Of a stretch of DNA of 64,000 nucleotides, positions 38,161 to 48,348 are shown piece after piece. Origin of the DNA: Acidobacteriota bacterium (GTDB lineage Bacteria; Acidobacteriota; UBA6911); NCBI GenBank assembly GCA_963664705.1, contig OY761556.1:3808001-3872000 (forward strand). The letters run 5' to 3'. Both the position numbers and the translations under genes were made by a program. The notes under the pieces were generated by a model. That model searched no databases, had not been told where the DNA came from, and saw nothing but the letters and a program-made list of their open reading frames with translations. How positions within the stretch are numbered: position 1 is the first letter of the stretch; the number at the start of each line of letters is the position of its first letter.

Positions 38161-39774
38161 TCAAACCTGAAGTACGCCGGTTTGGAATGTCTCCAAGACA
38201 GGATTCTGGGCAGCTGTCTCCAACGCGAGGATGAAGGCCTGTCGCGTTTCCAGTGGAGAAATTATCTTATCGACCCAGAGTCGCGCAGCCGCATAGCGAG
38301 GATCCAATGCCGCGGTATATTGCGCCGCAATGCCGGTCAGAATGCGTTCCTTCTCATCTTCCGAAAGCTGCCGGCCCCTCTGTTCCTCCTGGCGAACACG
38401 TATATCCGCGAGCGTGCGCGCCGCGGAAGCTCCGGCCATGACTGCATAGCGAGCCGTGGGCCATGCAAAAACAAATCGCGGATCATAGGCTTTCCCGCAT
38501 AGCGCGTAATGGCCCGCTCCATAACTCCCGGCAAGAATCAGCGTAATTTTCGGCACAACGCTGTTGGCAACGACATTAACCAGCTTTGCTCCGGACTTGA
38601 TGATTCCAGAGACTTCCGCGTCCCGGCCTACCATAAACCCGTTGACATCGTGCATGAATACCAGGGGGATCCGGTTTTCATTGCAGTCCATGACAAATCG
38701 CGCCGCCTTGTCGGCTGCATCCGCGTATATGACGCCGCCGACCTCCACCGGTTTCCCAGGCTCCCGATGATGCAGTTTGTTGTTGGCGACGATTCCGACC
38801 GCCCAACCGCCAATGCGTGCATAGCCGCAAATCAGCGATTTCCCGTACTCCGATTTGTACTCGGTGAACTCGCTATTATCGGCAATGCAGGCAATAATCG
38901 CGCGAACATCATATTCCCGCGAAGGATTCACCGGCATCAGATCAAATATCGATTCGGCCGGATGCAACGGTTCCCTCGGTTCGATGCGATTGAAAGGCGA
39001 GCCAATCGACTGTCCCATCATTGAGGCCAGGGTCCTAATTCTCTGAATGCAGGCTCCATCGTCTTTCTCGCGAAAGTCCACCGTGCCACTAAGCTCGGCG
39101 TGGAGGCGCGCGCCTCCGAGATCTTCCCCGCTGAGATCCTGACCAATTGCGGCCTTGACCAACGATGGACCGGCGATATACAAACCACTCCCCTCTGTCA
39201 TCAGGATCTTGTCAGACATTACCGGAAGGTAGGCCCCGCCGGCCACGCAACTCCCCATGATGGCCGCTATCTGCGGAACTCCCATCGCCGACAGGCGCGC
39301 ATTGTTTCGAAAAATGCGACCGAAATCGTCTTCGTCGGGAAAAACCTCGTCCTGCAATGGAAGAAATACGCCGGCGGAATCCACCAGGTATATCACCGGC
39401 AATCGATTATCCATTGCGATACGCTGCGCCCTCAGAAATTTCTTCGCCGTCATCGGGAAAAACGAGCCTGCCTTGACGGTAGCGTCATTCGCGATGATCA
39501 TGAATGGACGCTGCGCAATCTGGCCGATGCCGGTGATAACACCGGCAGAGGGAGCGCCCCCCCACTCCTCGTACATCTGGTAGGCCGCAAAAATTGCCAA
39601 TTCAAAAAAATGGGACCCGGGATCAATCAGCTGCTTTATACGCTGACGGGCTGTCAGCCGTTTTTTTGCATACTGCCTTTTTATGGCATCCGATCCACCA
39701 CCCTGACACAGGATGTTTTCATCTTTCCCGATAGCTTCCAGCAATTCCGCCCATCGTTTCCGGTTTTCTTCCAA
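38161..39774 (-). CDS. Acyl-CoA carboxylase, carboxyltransferase subunit (MCC beta-like)
   Basis: ANDATVKAG, DSAGVFLPLQ, GSCVAGGAY, GFMVG, SYGAG. Confidence 0.88.
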   Translation of the reverse strand: MEENRKRWAELLEAIGKDENILCQGGGSDAIKRQYAKKRLTARQRIKQLIDPGSHFFELAIFAAYQMYEEWGGAPSAGVITGIGQIAQRPFMIIANDATVKAGSFFPMTAKKFLRAQRIAMDNRLPVIYLVDSAGVFLPLQDEVFPDEDDFGRIFRNNARLSAMGVPQIAAIMGSCVAGGAYLPVMSDKILMTEGSGLYIAGPSLVKAAIGQDLSGEDLGGARLHAELSGTVDFREKDDGACIQRIRTLASMMGQSIGSPFNRIEPREPLHPAESIFDLMPVNPSREYDVRAIIACIADNSEFTEYKSEYGKSLICGYARIGGWAVGIVANNKLHHREPGKPVEVGGVIYADAADKAARFVMDCNENRIPLVFMHDVNGFMVGRDAEVSGIIKSGAKLVNVVANSVVPKITLILAGSYGAGHYALCGKAYDPRFVFAWPTARYAVMAGASAARTLADIRVRQEEQRGRQLSEDEKERILTGIAAQYTAALDPRYAAARLWVDKIISPLETRQAFILALETAAQNPVLETFQTGVLQV

Positions 39775-39832
39775 GGGTCACCTCTAGGAATTATTATAAT
39801 TGCGTGGTTTCATCACTCCCAGGAATAAGAAA

Positions 39833-39862
39833 AGGAGACAGGAGGCAGGAGACAGGAGACAG
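39833..39862. repeat. Heptamer tandem array (AGGAGRC)n
   Basis: AGGAGAC AGGAGGC AGGAGAC AGGAGAC in the divergent intergenic region. Confidence 0.6.
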
Positions 39863-39950
39863 AGCGCTTTCTTTTTTCTTTCCATTCCGCCGGGTTCTGG
39901 TATGATCTTGGGTTTGATTGAAATTTGTTTTCAAGAAAGAGATTTAATAG

Positions 39951-42218
39951 ATGGCGAAAGATACTCCCCTTCTTTCGAAGAAAGTAGTTCTGGTCGGCAA
40001 CCCCAACGTAGGAAAGTCCGTTATTTTCAGACTTTTAACCGGAAATTACGTACTGGTCTCAAACTTCCCGGGAACAACGGTTGAGGTATCGCGTGGACGG
40101 ATGCAGATTGCCGGCGTCAACTATGAAATCGTGGATACGCCGGGAGTCAACAGCCTTGTTCCGCAATCCGAGGATGAGCGTGTCGCGTGCGAAATTCTGT
40201 TGAGGGAAAAACCGGACCTCATCATTCAGGTAGCGGATGCCAAAAACATGCGGCGCACACTCCTGATTGCCTCTCAACTTGCCGAGTTTGGCATTCCCAT
40301 GATCCTTGTTCTCAACATGATTGACGAAGCGGAAGAGCGAGGCATTGAGATCGATTCCCAGGGACTGTCCTCCTATTTCTCCATTCCGGTCATTGAAACG
40401 GTGGCCATCTATTCGCGCGGAAGGCGGCAGCTTCTTAACGCGATTCAGAGTGCCGGAAGACCACCGCGCAATCTCCTTTCGGAGTTTGCCCAGGGATCCC
40501 AAGTTCCGATGCTCGCACGCGGACTGCCGGCCCCCGCTCTTCTATCGGTTGAATGGCTGGCTGAGGGAGATATTGAACTCGCGCGAACGATAGAAGCCTC
40601 CGCAGGATCAAAAGCTTTTGCGCAGCTAAAGGAATTCGGAGAAAAATATCGGGCCGCCGGCCATGGCAATGCCGTTCACGAAATTGGCGAGATCAGAAAC
40701 CGCATGCTTGAAAAATCGGCTCCTCTATTCAAGAGAAAGAGGACGAGCCGGTTTGTGGAGGAATCGAGCGGGAGCAAAAAGTTCTGGCTCTCATTTCTGA
40801 TCTGTGGGCTGGTGTTGTTCGTGTGGAATGAACTCGGTGGAATGCTGCGCATCCCAACGCCTTTTACGATGATCTCGCGGGCCGTGGTAGGATGGGCAGA
40901 CGCATGGCTGGGGCATGGCTACTTTGGAGCCGATCTGCTGCGCAGCCTATTGCTCGGCAAAAATGCATCCGGACGCTATGAATACGGAATTATCCCCGAA
41001 GTCATTCATTTTTTAATGCTGATTGCACCCGTGATTCTCCCGCTTGGAATGCTCCTGTCCCGCAGCCGGGCCTTTGTCCATGAAATCGGAATTATGACGC
41101 GGCGGGCCTCCACCGGCATCCCGATACTATTCGGCGTGCTGATGCTGCTGTATGAATTTGTCGGCTATACGGGGGCGCAGACGCTCGTCGGACTTATTGA
41201 AAAGGTGCTCTTTGGCGACCACTTTATCCCGTTCCTGCAACGCCTGCTGCCGCCCGGCTTTTTTGCAGAGCTGATTGCAGGAAAATACGGCATCGTTTCG
41301 GTAGGTCTGACCTACGCCATCGGCATTGTGATGCCCGTAGTGGGAACATTTTTTATCGCCTTTGGACTGCTTGAAGACAGCGGATATCTGCCTAGGCTCT
41401 CGATTCTGTCGGATCGACTGATGCGGCTGCTGGGACTGAATGGCAAAGCCGTGCTCCCCATGGTCCTGGGCTTCGGCTGCGGTACGATGGCGACAATGTC
41501 TACCCGAATTCTGAGTTCCAGAAGAGAACGACTCATCGCCACGCTGCTGCTCGCACTGGGTATTCCCTGCTCCGCGCAGCTCGGCGTCATGATGGGAATC
41601 GCAGCCGGTTTTTCTCAGAAAGCTACACTCACCGTCATGGCGGTGGTTGCATCCCAGCTGCTCCTGGTCGGGTTTCTCTCCTCCAAGCTGATCAAAGGGC
41701 AGCCGAGCGAGTTTATTTTTGAGATACCGCCGATCCGTGTACCTCAATTCAAGAACGTCGCGCTGAAAACCTGGTATCGCGTTCAATGGTACCTGAAAGA
41801 GGCGGTTCCTCTTTTCCTCGTCGGCACAATGGTTTTGTTTGTGCTGGACGCCGTTCATGTGGAAACGCACAGTCTGCTGGAGTGGCTGCAAATCGGAATG
41901 GCACCACTGCTCTCCGGACTGCTCCACCTCCCATCAGAAGCGGCCGGCATATTTCTCCTCGGTTTCCTGCGCCGCGATTATGGAGCCGCAGGGCTTTACG
42001 ATCTGGCGCGCAGAGGACTGTTGAACGGACAGCAGATTGTGGTCAGCCTTACGGTCATCACGCTGTTCGTCCCGTGCGTGGCCAGTTTCCTCGTGATTAT
42101 CAAGGAGCAGGGTGTGAAGCGAGCACTTGCGATCACGGGATTTATCGTGCCTTTTGCGATCGGCGTCGGCGCTGTGTTGAGTTGGATCCTTCGCACCTTT
42201 AACATTCAGTTTTACTAG
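39951..42218 (+). CDS. feoB: Ferrous iron transporter FeoB
   Basis: GNPNVGKS, NFPGTTV, DTPG, NMID, LEDSGYL.R, GFGC, PCSAQL, FVPC. Confidence 0.92.
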   Translation: MAKDTPLLSKKVVLVGNPNVGKSVIFRLLTGNYVLVSNFPGTTVEVSRGRMQIAGVNYEIVDTPGVNSLVPQSEDERVACEILLREKPDLIIQVADAKNMRRTLLIASQLAEFGIPMILVLNMIDEAEERGIEIDSQGLSSYFSIPVIETVAIYSRGRRQLLNAIQSAGRPPRNLLSEFAQGSQVPMLARGLPAPALLSVEWLAEGDIELARTIEASAGSKAFAQLKEFGEKYRAAGHGNAVHEIGEIRNRMLEKSAPLFKRKRTSRFVEESSGSKKFWLSFLICGLVLFVWNELGGMLRIPTPFTMISRAVVGWADAWLGHGYFGADLLRSLLLGKNASGRYEYGIIPEVIHFLMLIAPVILPLGMLLSRSRAFVHEIGIMTRRASTGIPILFGVLMLLYEFVGYTGAQTLVGLIEKVLFGDHFIPFLQRLLPPGFFAELIAGKYGIVSVGLTYAIGIVMPVVGTFFIAFGLLEDSGYLPRLSILSDRLMRLLGLNGKAVLPMVLGFGCGTMATMSTRILSSRRERLIATLLLALGIPCSAQLGVMMGIAAGFSQKATLTVMAVVASQLLLVGFLSSKLIKGQPSEFIFEIPPIRVPQFKNVALKTWYRVQWYLKEAVPLFLVGTMVLFVLDAVHVETHSLLEWLQIGMAPLLSGLLHLPSEAAGIFLLGFLRRDYGAAGLYDLARRGLLNGQQIVVSLTVITLFVPCVASFLVIIKEQGVKRALAITGFIVPFAIGVGAVLSWILRTFNIQFY

Positions 42219-42229
42219 GTCCCAATTGC

Positions 42230-42922
42230 ATGAATCACAACGAACAGGTCGGAATTATGGAAAACAGAACGCCTGAAGAGGTCACTGAGGTTCTTGAGGC
42301 AGTTTGGACTCTGCAGGAACAGGGAACGGCATCGCTTGAAAGTGTGACGCAGAATGCGCCGATAAAGGTCACGGATGCTTTGATCAAAAGCCTGAGCGAG
42401 GAAGGACTTCTGTCGATCGACGCCGATAAAAACGTCCGGCTCCTTCCCAAAGGGCGCGAAATGGCCGAACAGATCATCCGCCGGCACCGACTGGCTGAAC
42501 GGCTGATTTGTGACGCCCTGGGTGCACACGTCGACGAAAGCGAGATCGCCGCCTGCGAATATGAGCATCTCCTCGCGGAAGGGATCACCAATTCCATCTG
42601 CACTCTGCTGGGCCATCCACGGTATTGCCCGCATAACCGCCCAATCCCGGAGGGGGATTGCTGCAGGCAAGCCCGCGATGAATTGCGGCCAATCGTTGTT
42701 TCGTGTGACCAGCTGCGCATCGGCGAGTCTGCTCGAATCGCCTATTTCAGCACCAAAGAGCATTCGCGGCTGCTGAAGCTGTCCGCATTGGGAGTTTCCC
42801 CCGGAATGCCCATGAAACTCATTCAGAAGTGGCCGGCATACGTGGTTCAATGTGAGGAAACCGAAATTGCGCTCGAGCCCGGAGTCGCCAAAAACATCTA
42901 CGTCTGGCATACGCCGGAGTAG
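42230..42922 (+). CDS. DtxR/MntR-family metal-dependent regulator with a C-terminal FeoA domain
   Basis: RRHRLAE, AC.YEH, GHP..CPH..PIP, RLLKLSALGVSPG (FeoA/SH3-like). Confidence 0.85.
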   Translation: MNHNEQVGIMENRTPEEVTEVLEAVWTLQEQGTASLESVTQNAPIKVTDALIKSLSEEGLLSIDADKNVRLLPKGREMAEQIIRRHRLAERLICDALGAHVDESEIAACEYEHLLAEGITNSICTLLGHPRYCPHNRPIPEGDCCRQARDELRPIVVSCDQLRIGESARIAYFSTKEHSRLLKLSALGVSPGMPMKLIQKWPAYVVQCEETEIALEPGVAKNIYVWHTPE

Positions 42923-42953
42923 GTTGGACGTTGGACGTTAGACGTTGGACGTT
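42923..42953. repeat. Heptamer tandem array (GTTGGAC)n between convergent genes
   Basis: Four units; the same motif occurs at 11942-11958. Confidence 0.65.
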
Positions 42954-45549
42954 ACAGACTTGTCTTTCGTAACCGCAACGCATTGCTGATCACAGATACC
43001 GAACTGAATGTCATGGCCGCGCTGGCAATCATCGGATTCAACAGCAGCCCGATCACCGGGTACAGAATTCCGCCCGCAATCGGAACTCCAAGCATGTTGT
43101 AAACAAAGGCAAAGAAAAGATTCTGCCGGATGTTTCGCATCGTATTCCGGCTGAGTTTCCGCGCGCGAACGACGCCTCGCAAATCCCCTTTCACAAGCGT
43201 AATGCCGGCACTTTGAATCGCGACATCGGTCCCGGTCCCCATCGCAATCCCCACGTGGGCCTGGGCCAACGCCGGAGCGTCATTGATCCCATCGCCGGCC
43301 ATGGCGACTGTTCGCCCCTGGGATTGCAACTGCTTCAGAACCTCTCCTTTTCTTTCCGGAGAGACTTCCGCCTCCACGGTATCGATGCCCAACTGGCGTG
43401 CAACGATATCTGCCGTTGTCTTGTTGTCTCCGGTAAGCATGACGATGTGAATCCCCTGGCCATGCAATTCCCGGATGGCATCATGCGCTGATTCCTTGAT
43501 TGGATCTGAAACGCCAAGCAAGCCTGCCGGAGTCCGGTCGATCAGGACGAACACCACGGTCTGTCCCTTTCGCCTCTCTTCATCCGCAGCCTGAGCGAAT
43601 GGCCCTGGATCGACCCCTAATTGCTCCATCAGTGCTTTGTTCCCGATCGCAATGGCATGGCCGTCCACAGTTCCAACAATCCCCTGACCCGTGATGGAGC
43701 GGAAGTCATTCACGACAGAAAGATCGAGGTTTTGTTTCCTGGCAGCTGCCACAATGGCTCCTGCCAGTGAGTGCTCACTCCCCTGTTCGAGGCTCGCACC
43801 AAGACGCAGCATATCGGGTTCGCTCCAGCCGCCACAGGCTTTGAGGCAGGTCAGCCGCGGTTTGCCTTCGGTAAGCGTTCCGGTCTTGTCGACGACAAGC
43901 GTATCCACTTTCTCGAGCAGTTCCAGCGCCTCGGCATTCCTGATCAAAACGCCGGCTCCTGCGCCACGCCCGGTTCCGACCATGATGGACATTGGAGTTG
44001 CCAGCCCCAAAGCGCAAGGACACGCAATAATAAGGACGGCCACCGCATTCACGAGTGCATAGACCATTCGGGGTTCCGGACCGGTAAAGCCCCAGAGCAG
44101 AAACGTCGCCAATGAAATAAGAACGACAATAGGGACAAACCAGGAGGAAACGCGGTCCGCCACCCGTTGAATGGGAGCACGGCTGCGCTGTGCCTCGCTG
44201 ACCATCCGGACGATTTGTGCCAGGAGCGTATCGCTTCCGACTTTATCCGCGCGCATGATAAAAGTTCCGGTTTCATTGATGGTACCGCCTGTAACGGAGC
44301 TTCCAGACGACTTTTCCACCGGGATCGGCTCGCCCGTTACCATCGACTCGTCTATAGAGCTCCCTCCCTCCAGGAGAGTTCCATCAACAGGCACGCGCTC
44401 TCCGGGGCGCACGCGCAGCCGGTTGCCCGGGTGGACCTGATCCAGAGAGATATCCCTCTCGGATCCATCTTCATTGACAATGCGCGCTGTTGTGGGAACA
44501 AGACCAAGCATGGCTCGGATGGCGCTTCCGGTCTGACTTCGTGCCCGCAGCTCGAGCACCTGTCCAAGCAGAACCAGGGTTGTGATGACCGCGGATGCCT
44601 CAAAATAGACTTGCGGAGTTCCATGATGCCCACGGAATGATGAAGGCAATAGGTCCGGGAACAACGTCGCAAAGACACTGTAGGCATACGCGGTTCCGGT
44701 GCCAATGGCGATCAGCGTGAACATGTTCAGGCTGCGATTGATGAATGAAGCCCAGCCGCGTTGAAAGAAGGGCAAGCCACCCCAGAGTACCACAGGGGTT
44801 GCAAGCGCAAACTGAAGCCAGACACTCCAACGGAGGTGGACACCTGCAACCATCTCTCCCATGGCGACGAGAAAAACCGGAATTGCCAGGAGCAGGCAAA
44901 TCCAAAACCGGCGCCTCATCAGGGTTAACTCGGGATTTTCCGCTTCATCGAGACTCACGGTGCGAGGTTCAAGAGCCATTCCACAGATCGGACAGGATCC
45001 GGGCGAATCCTGGACAACCTCCGGGTGCATGGGACAAATATATTCCGTACGAAATGCAGGCAGCGGTTCCATCGGTTCCAGCGCCATGCCGCATTTCGGA
45101 CAAGGGCCCGGCTTGTCCTGGAGCACTTCGGGATCCATGGGACAGGTATACCGCATCCCGGGCAGTGGGGGTTCTGCCGCAATATCCGCATCCCGCATGC
45201 TCAGGTATTTTTCGGGACTGGCCTGAAACTTTGCCATGCACCCCGGATTGCAGAAGTAGTAGGTTTGACCTTTATACTCAAACTTCCCCGCGGCCTTCTC
45301 TGGAGCAAACTGCATCCCGCATACCGGATCGGTGACCGGAAGCGCCACCAGTCCGGCGGTATCCGGCGCACCCAGGTATTTTTCAGGGCCGGCCTGAAAC
45401 TTTGCCATGCACCCCGGATTGCAGAAGTAGTAGGTTTGACCTTTATACTCAAACTTCCCCGCGGCCTTCTCTGGAGCAAACTGCATCCCGCATACCGGAT
45501 CGGTTACGATGCCCATAGTTTTTTCGGCGTGAACCTTTTTCTCGTCCAT
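42952..45549 (-). CDS. copA: Cu(I)-type P1B ATPase with two YHS and two CPM(H/D)P metal-binding domains
   Basis: [21 protein letters not shown]..., M..SS; DPVCGM...YYFC x2; CPMDPE and CPMHPE; ATG at 45549. Confidence 0.88.
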   Translation of the reverse strand: MDEKKVHAEKTMGIVTDPVCGMQFAPEKAAGKFEYKGQTYYFCNPGCMAKFQAGPEKYLGAPDTAGLVALPVTDPVCGMQFAPEKAAGKFEYKGQTYYFCNPGCMAKFQASPEKYLSMRDADIAAEPPLPGMRYTCPMDPEVLQDKPGPCPKCGMALEPMEPLPAFRTEYICPMHPEVVQDSPGSCPICGMALEPRTVSLDEAENPELTLMRRRFWICLLLAIPVFLVAMGEMVAGVHLRWSVWLQFALATPVVLWGGLPFFQRGWASFINRSLNMFTLIAIGTGTAYAYSVFATLFPDLLPSSFRGHHGTPQVYFEASAVITTLVLLGQVLELRARSQTGSAIRAMLGLVPTTARIVNEDGSERDISLDQVHPGNRLRVRPGERVPVDGTLLEGGSSIDESMVTGEPIPVEKSSGSSVTGGTINETGTFIMRADKVGSDTLLAQIVRMVSEAQRSRAPIQRVADRVSSWFVPIVVLISLATFLLWGFTGPEPRMVYALVNAVAVLIIACPCALGLATPMSIMVGTGRGAGAGVLIRNAEALELLEKVDTLVVDKTGTLTEGKPRLTCLKACGGWSEPDMLRLGASLEQGSEHSLAGAIVAAARKQNLDLSVVNDFRSITGQGIVGTVDGHAIAIGNKALMEQLGVDPGPFAQAADEERRKGQTVVFVLIDRTPAGLLGVSDPIKESAHDAIRELHGQGIHIVMLTGDNKTTADIVARQLGIDTVEAEVSPERKGEVLKQLQSQGRTVAMAGDGINDAPALAQAHVGIAMGTGTDVAIQSAGITLVKGDLRGVVRARKLSRNTMRNIRQNLFFAFVYNMLGVPIAGGILYPVIGLLLNPMIASAAMTFSSVSVISNALRLRKTSL
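45220..45504. repeat. Exact 114-bp direct repeat (period 171 bp) encoding the two YHS domains
   Basis: 45220-45333 is identical to 45391-45504. Confidence 0.9.
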
Positions 45550-45665
45550 GTGGCTCCTATATGAGTAGCGGTCCGCAGGCAAGTATAGCAAAAGAAAAAC
45601 TTAGGATCGCTGAGAGGTGCTGGCAAATGGCGGAGGGACCGTCAAGGAAACATGAATGCAATTCA

Positions 45666-45695
45666 TTGCTTTGGGCAATTTTGTCGGTCTATAAT
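45666..45695 (+). promoter_or_regulatory. Sigma70-like promoter TTGCTT-18-TATAAT
   Basis: Perfect -10 at 45690-45695, upstream of the small ORF. Confidence 0.5.
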
Positions 45696-45733
45696 GCCGG
45701 AATCTTAAAATCCGCGAAGCAGGAGAGTGGACG

Positions 45734-45868
45734 ATGCTCGGTCTTGTTGTAACCCTTTTAGCAGTATTTTTGGTGATCTGTCTGGCTTTGCATTCATCAG
45801 ACCGAAAGGTCCAATCGGAAATAGATATTGTGTTGGGACGTGAAAACAGGAGGAGGACTCCGGAGTAA
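45734..45868 (+). CDS. Small single-pass membrane protein, 44 aa (not in the ORF track)
   Basis: AGGAGAG RBS at 45721-45727; MLGLVVTLLAVFLVICLALHSSDRKVQSEIDIVLGRENRRRTPE*. Confidence 0.55.
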   Translation: MLGLVVTLLAVFLVICLALHSSDRKVQSEIDIVLGRENRRRTPE

Positions 45869-45909
45869 GAAATCCCTCCGCTAATCCGAGTTATACCGCT
45901 CAATTCCAG

Positions 45910-47058
45910 CTACCGGGCACTGCCTACATTCAGAAAATCAGAACGTTTCGTTTTTGCTGCCATCTCGCGACGCAACGATTCCCATTCCGAAACCGGAATG
46001 ACCATCAATTCCTCGACTACCCGCGGATCCAGTTGTTTCCCCGACATCTTTTGGATTTCGGCAATGGCCTCTTCGAAGCTCATCGGTATTTCCCGCTGGC
46101 CCTCGGACGTCAGACGATCCAACGCATCGGCCACGGCAAAGATACTGGCGCCGATGTGAATCTCGTTCATTTTCAGCCCCTGGGGATAGCCGTTCCCATC
46201 ATATTGCTCGTGATGATGCAGGACAACCTGTGCAGCTCCGGTCAGAAATTTGATGCTGGATAGAATTCTATAGCCGATCTCGGGATGCTGCCGCATCAAT
46301 AGCCATTCGCGCCCGGTCAACTCTTCGGGATTGCGGAGCAGTTCATCAGGAATGCCAATTTTGCCGATATCATGCAGCAAAGCTCCCTGCTCCACGATGC
46401 GGATGTCCGATTCGCTCAAATTCAAACGTTGAGCCAGCTTCTTCGTATATACAGTAACGCGTAGAGAATGCCCGTCGGAATCGGCGTCGCGGCTGTCCAG
46501 CGCCTTACTTAAGGCCACCAGGGTGGAATGGTAAGTTTGTTGAAGAACGCCCAATGCCTCCTCGAGCTGTCTGGTGCGGCTTGCCACCTGCTCTTCAAGC
46601 GTGCGCTGATAATTCTGGTTTTCCTGAAGGAGTCGGCGTTTCTCAAGAGCTCTGGAAACCGAAATGGAGACCTGTTCAAGACTGAAGGGCTTGGTTATGT
46701 AATCGTAGGCTCCATCCTTAATGGCATCCACGGCTACTTCAATATCAATAACCGAGGTCACCAGGATAACCGCGACGTCGGGTGAGATCCGCATGGCTTC
46801 TTTGAGAAGGCCAATACCGCCAATCTCGGGCATTTGAATATCTGCCACGATAAGATCATATTTGCCCTTGCTCAACAGATCGAGGGCCGCACGACCATTG
46901 GCGCAGCATTCACAGGCATAGCCCAGGCTTTCCAGCTTTCGTGCCAGAATCTCCCGGACAACAACCTCATCATCAGCAATCAGGATGCGCGAAGGGCGCA
47001 GAACCGCGCCGAGAGGATTATTGGACAGCTGCCTGAAGATGCTTTCCGCCGTGGACAT
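45910..47058 (-). CDS. Response regulator with HD-GYP domain (RpfG-like)
   Basis: REC (ADDE, DIQMP, KPF), coiled coil, LHDIGK, HHHE..DG.GYP. Confidence 0.9.
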   Translation of the reverse strand: MSTAESIFRQLSNNPLGAVLRPSRILIADDEVVVREILARKLESLGYACECCANGRAALDLLSKGKYDLIVADIQMPEIGGIGLLKEAMRISPDVAVILVTSVIDIEVAVDAIKDGAYDYITKPFSLEQVSISVSRALEKRRLLQENQNYQRTLEEQVASRTRQLEEALGVLQQTYHSTLVALSKALDSRDADSDGHSLRVTVYTKKLAQRLNLSESDIRIVEQGALLHDIGKIGIPDELLRNPEELTGREWLLMRQHPEIGYRILSSIKFLTGAAQVVLHHHEQYDGNGYPQGLKMNEIHIGASIFAVADALDRLTSEGQREIPMSFEEAIAEIQKMSGKQLDPRVVEELMVIPVSEWESLRREMAAKTKRSDFLNVGSAR

Positions 47059-47204
47059 AGAGCGTTTTTTTTATTTCTCCGCAACTCTTATCGACGGCTG
47101 TGAGACAAACATTCCAGGGAAATTATACCCATCGCACGATTTAGTGAGATTTGCTTTATATAAACAATCAACATAAAGAGTTGATATTTAATATTTACCA
47201 AGAA

Positions 47205-48290
47205 TTAGGCCGGAAAGACGCGGGCATCCAGACAATCAGAAAGCCGGGCGGTATCCTGCGGGGCTTCCCCAAAGCTCCGTTCCCAAACAAAACGGTTCTC
47301 CATACACAGATAAACATATACCTGAGGGGCTTCTTTGGCTATCCACTCCCGCATTTTGCGGTAGATTTCTTCCCGTATAGGTCTGAAGTATCTGTCTTTC
47401 CCGTGGTGTCCGGGAACAAACTCGCCAAACGGCACTTTTGATTTTGGAAAGCGCTGATGCACCATATCGCGCAGTCGTGGAGGAAATCGGAGCGCTCCAA
47501 GGCTTATCCAGGCAATCCGTGTTTTATTCATTGTATGAAGGATTTCTTCAACGGCGCTCCGGTATCCCTCCTCCCACCCTTCGTACCAGACGATTGGATC
47601 GAAATGAAAACCGATCCGATAGCCCCAATCCTGGCATTGGACGGCAGCCGCAAGACGTTCTTCAAATGAAGCTGCCTTGAGTTCCTCATGGCGGCAGATA
47701 GTCTTTGAATTCATGGACCAGGAAATAACGGTATGGCCGCCATGGTCCAAATTCTTCAGATTGGAAATCTGGTTCGATTTGGTCTTCAACTCGAGAATTC
47801 CATTGGGAAGAGAGGCAAAAAACGGGACAAGCCGGCGTGAGAAACACGTCAAGTGATCCAATGCCAGAGAGTCCGCCAGTTCACCCGTTCCAATCCGGAA
47901 ACGGTGATCGGGCGTCTGCGCCAGCGTTTGGCTTACATCCAAAATCAGATCATCTATATTGGTGCAGACTACCAACGCTTCGCTGCTTAGATATGATTGC
48001 AAAACGCAGTAGGTGCACTCGAAATGGCAATTCCATGCATAACTGACCACGTAATAGTTGCAACAGATTTCGGCTCCCGATCCCTGGCATTGCTTTAAAA
48101 ACTTCCCGGGATAATGCATCAGGATCAGCGCATCCTTGGCATATCCGGTGTCGGAGGCAGATGCTGTCGACTCAAAGTCATGAAAGGTCGAGGTTTCAAC
48201 TCCAGGCAGCCTTGCCAGGATTTCGTGGGTGGCGCTGTCATCCCAGGATCGATCTTGAACCAGCACCCGATTCGGCTTGTATGAATCCAT
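47205..48290 (-). CDS. Spore photoproduct lyase-like radical SAM protein
   Basis: NCHFECTYCVLQ (CxxxCxxC), GELADSL, LELKTKS, GFHFDPI, YLCME; ATG at 48290. Confidence 0.8.
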   Translation of the reverse strand: MDSYKPNRVLVQDRSWDDSATHEILARLPGVETSTFHDFESTASASDTGYAKDALILMHYPGKFLKQCQGSGAEICCNYYVVSYAWNCHFECTYCVLQSYLSSEALVVCTNIDDLILDVSQTLAQTPDHRFRIGTGELADSLALDHLTCFSRRLVPFFASLPNGILELKTKSNQISNLKNLDHGGHTVISWSMNSKTICRHEELKAASFEERLAAAVQCQDWGYRIGFHFDPIVWYEGWEEGYRSAVEEILHTMNKTRIAWISLGALRFPPRLRDMVHQRFPKSKVPFGEFVPGHHGKDRYFRPIREEIYRKMREWIAKEAPQVYVYLCMENRFVWERSFGEAPQDTARLSDCLDARVFPA

Positions 48291-48348
48291 AATCTCGTTT
48301 GCGTCGCATGGAATTCGTGGCAGCCTGAGCTTCAAATCTCGGCGAATT

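Noticed and set aside
38161-39774. Carboxyltransferase as glutaconyl-CoA decarboxylase of the benzoyl-CoA pathway
   Set aside because: Motifs look MCC-beta-like, the gene is 15 kb from the cluster, and no partner subunits are adjacent
45601-45903. 100-aa minus-strand ORF
   Set aside because: No motif or RBS; the opposite-strand 44-aa ORF has a promoter, RBS and TM helix
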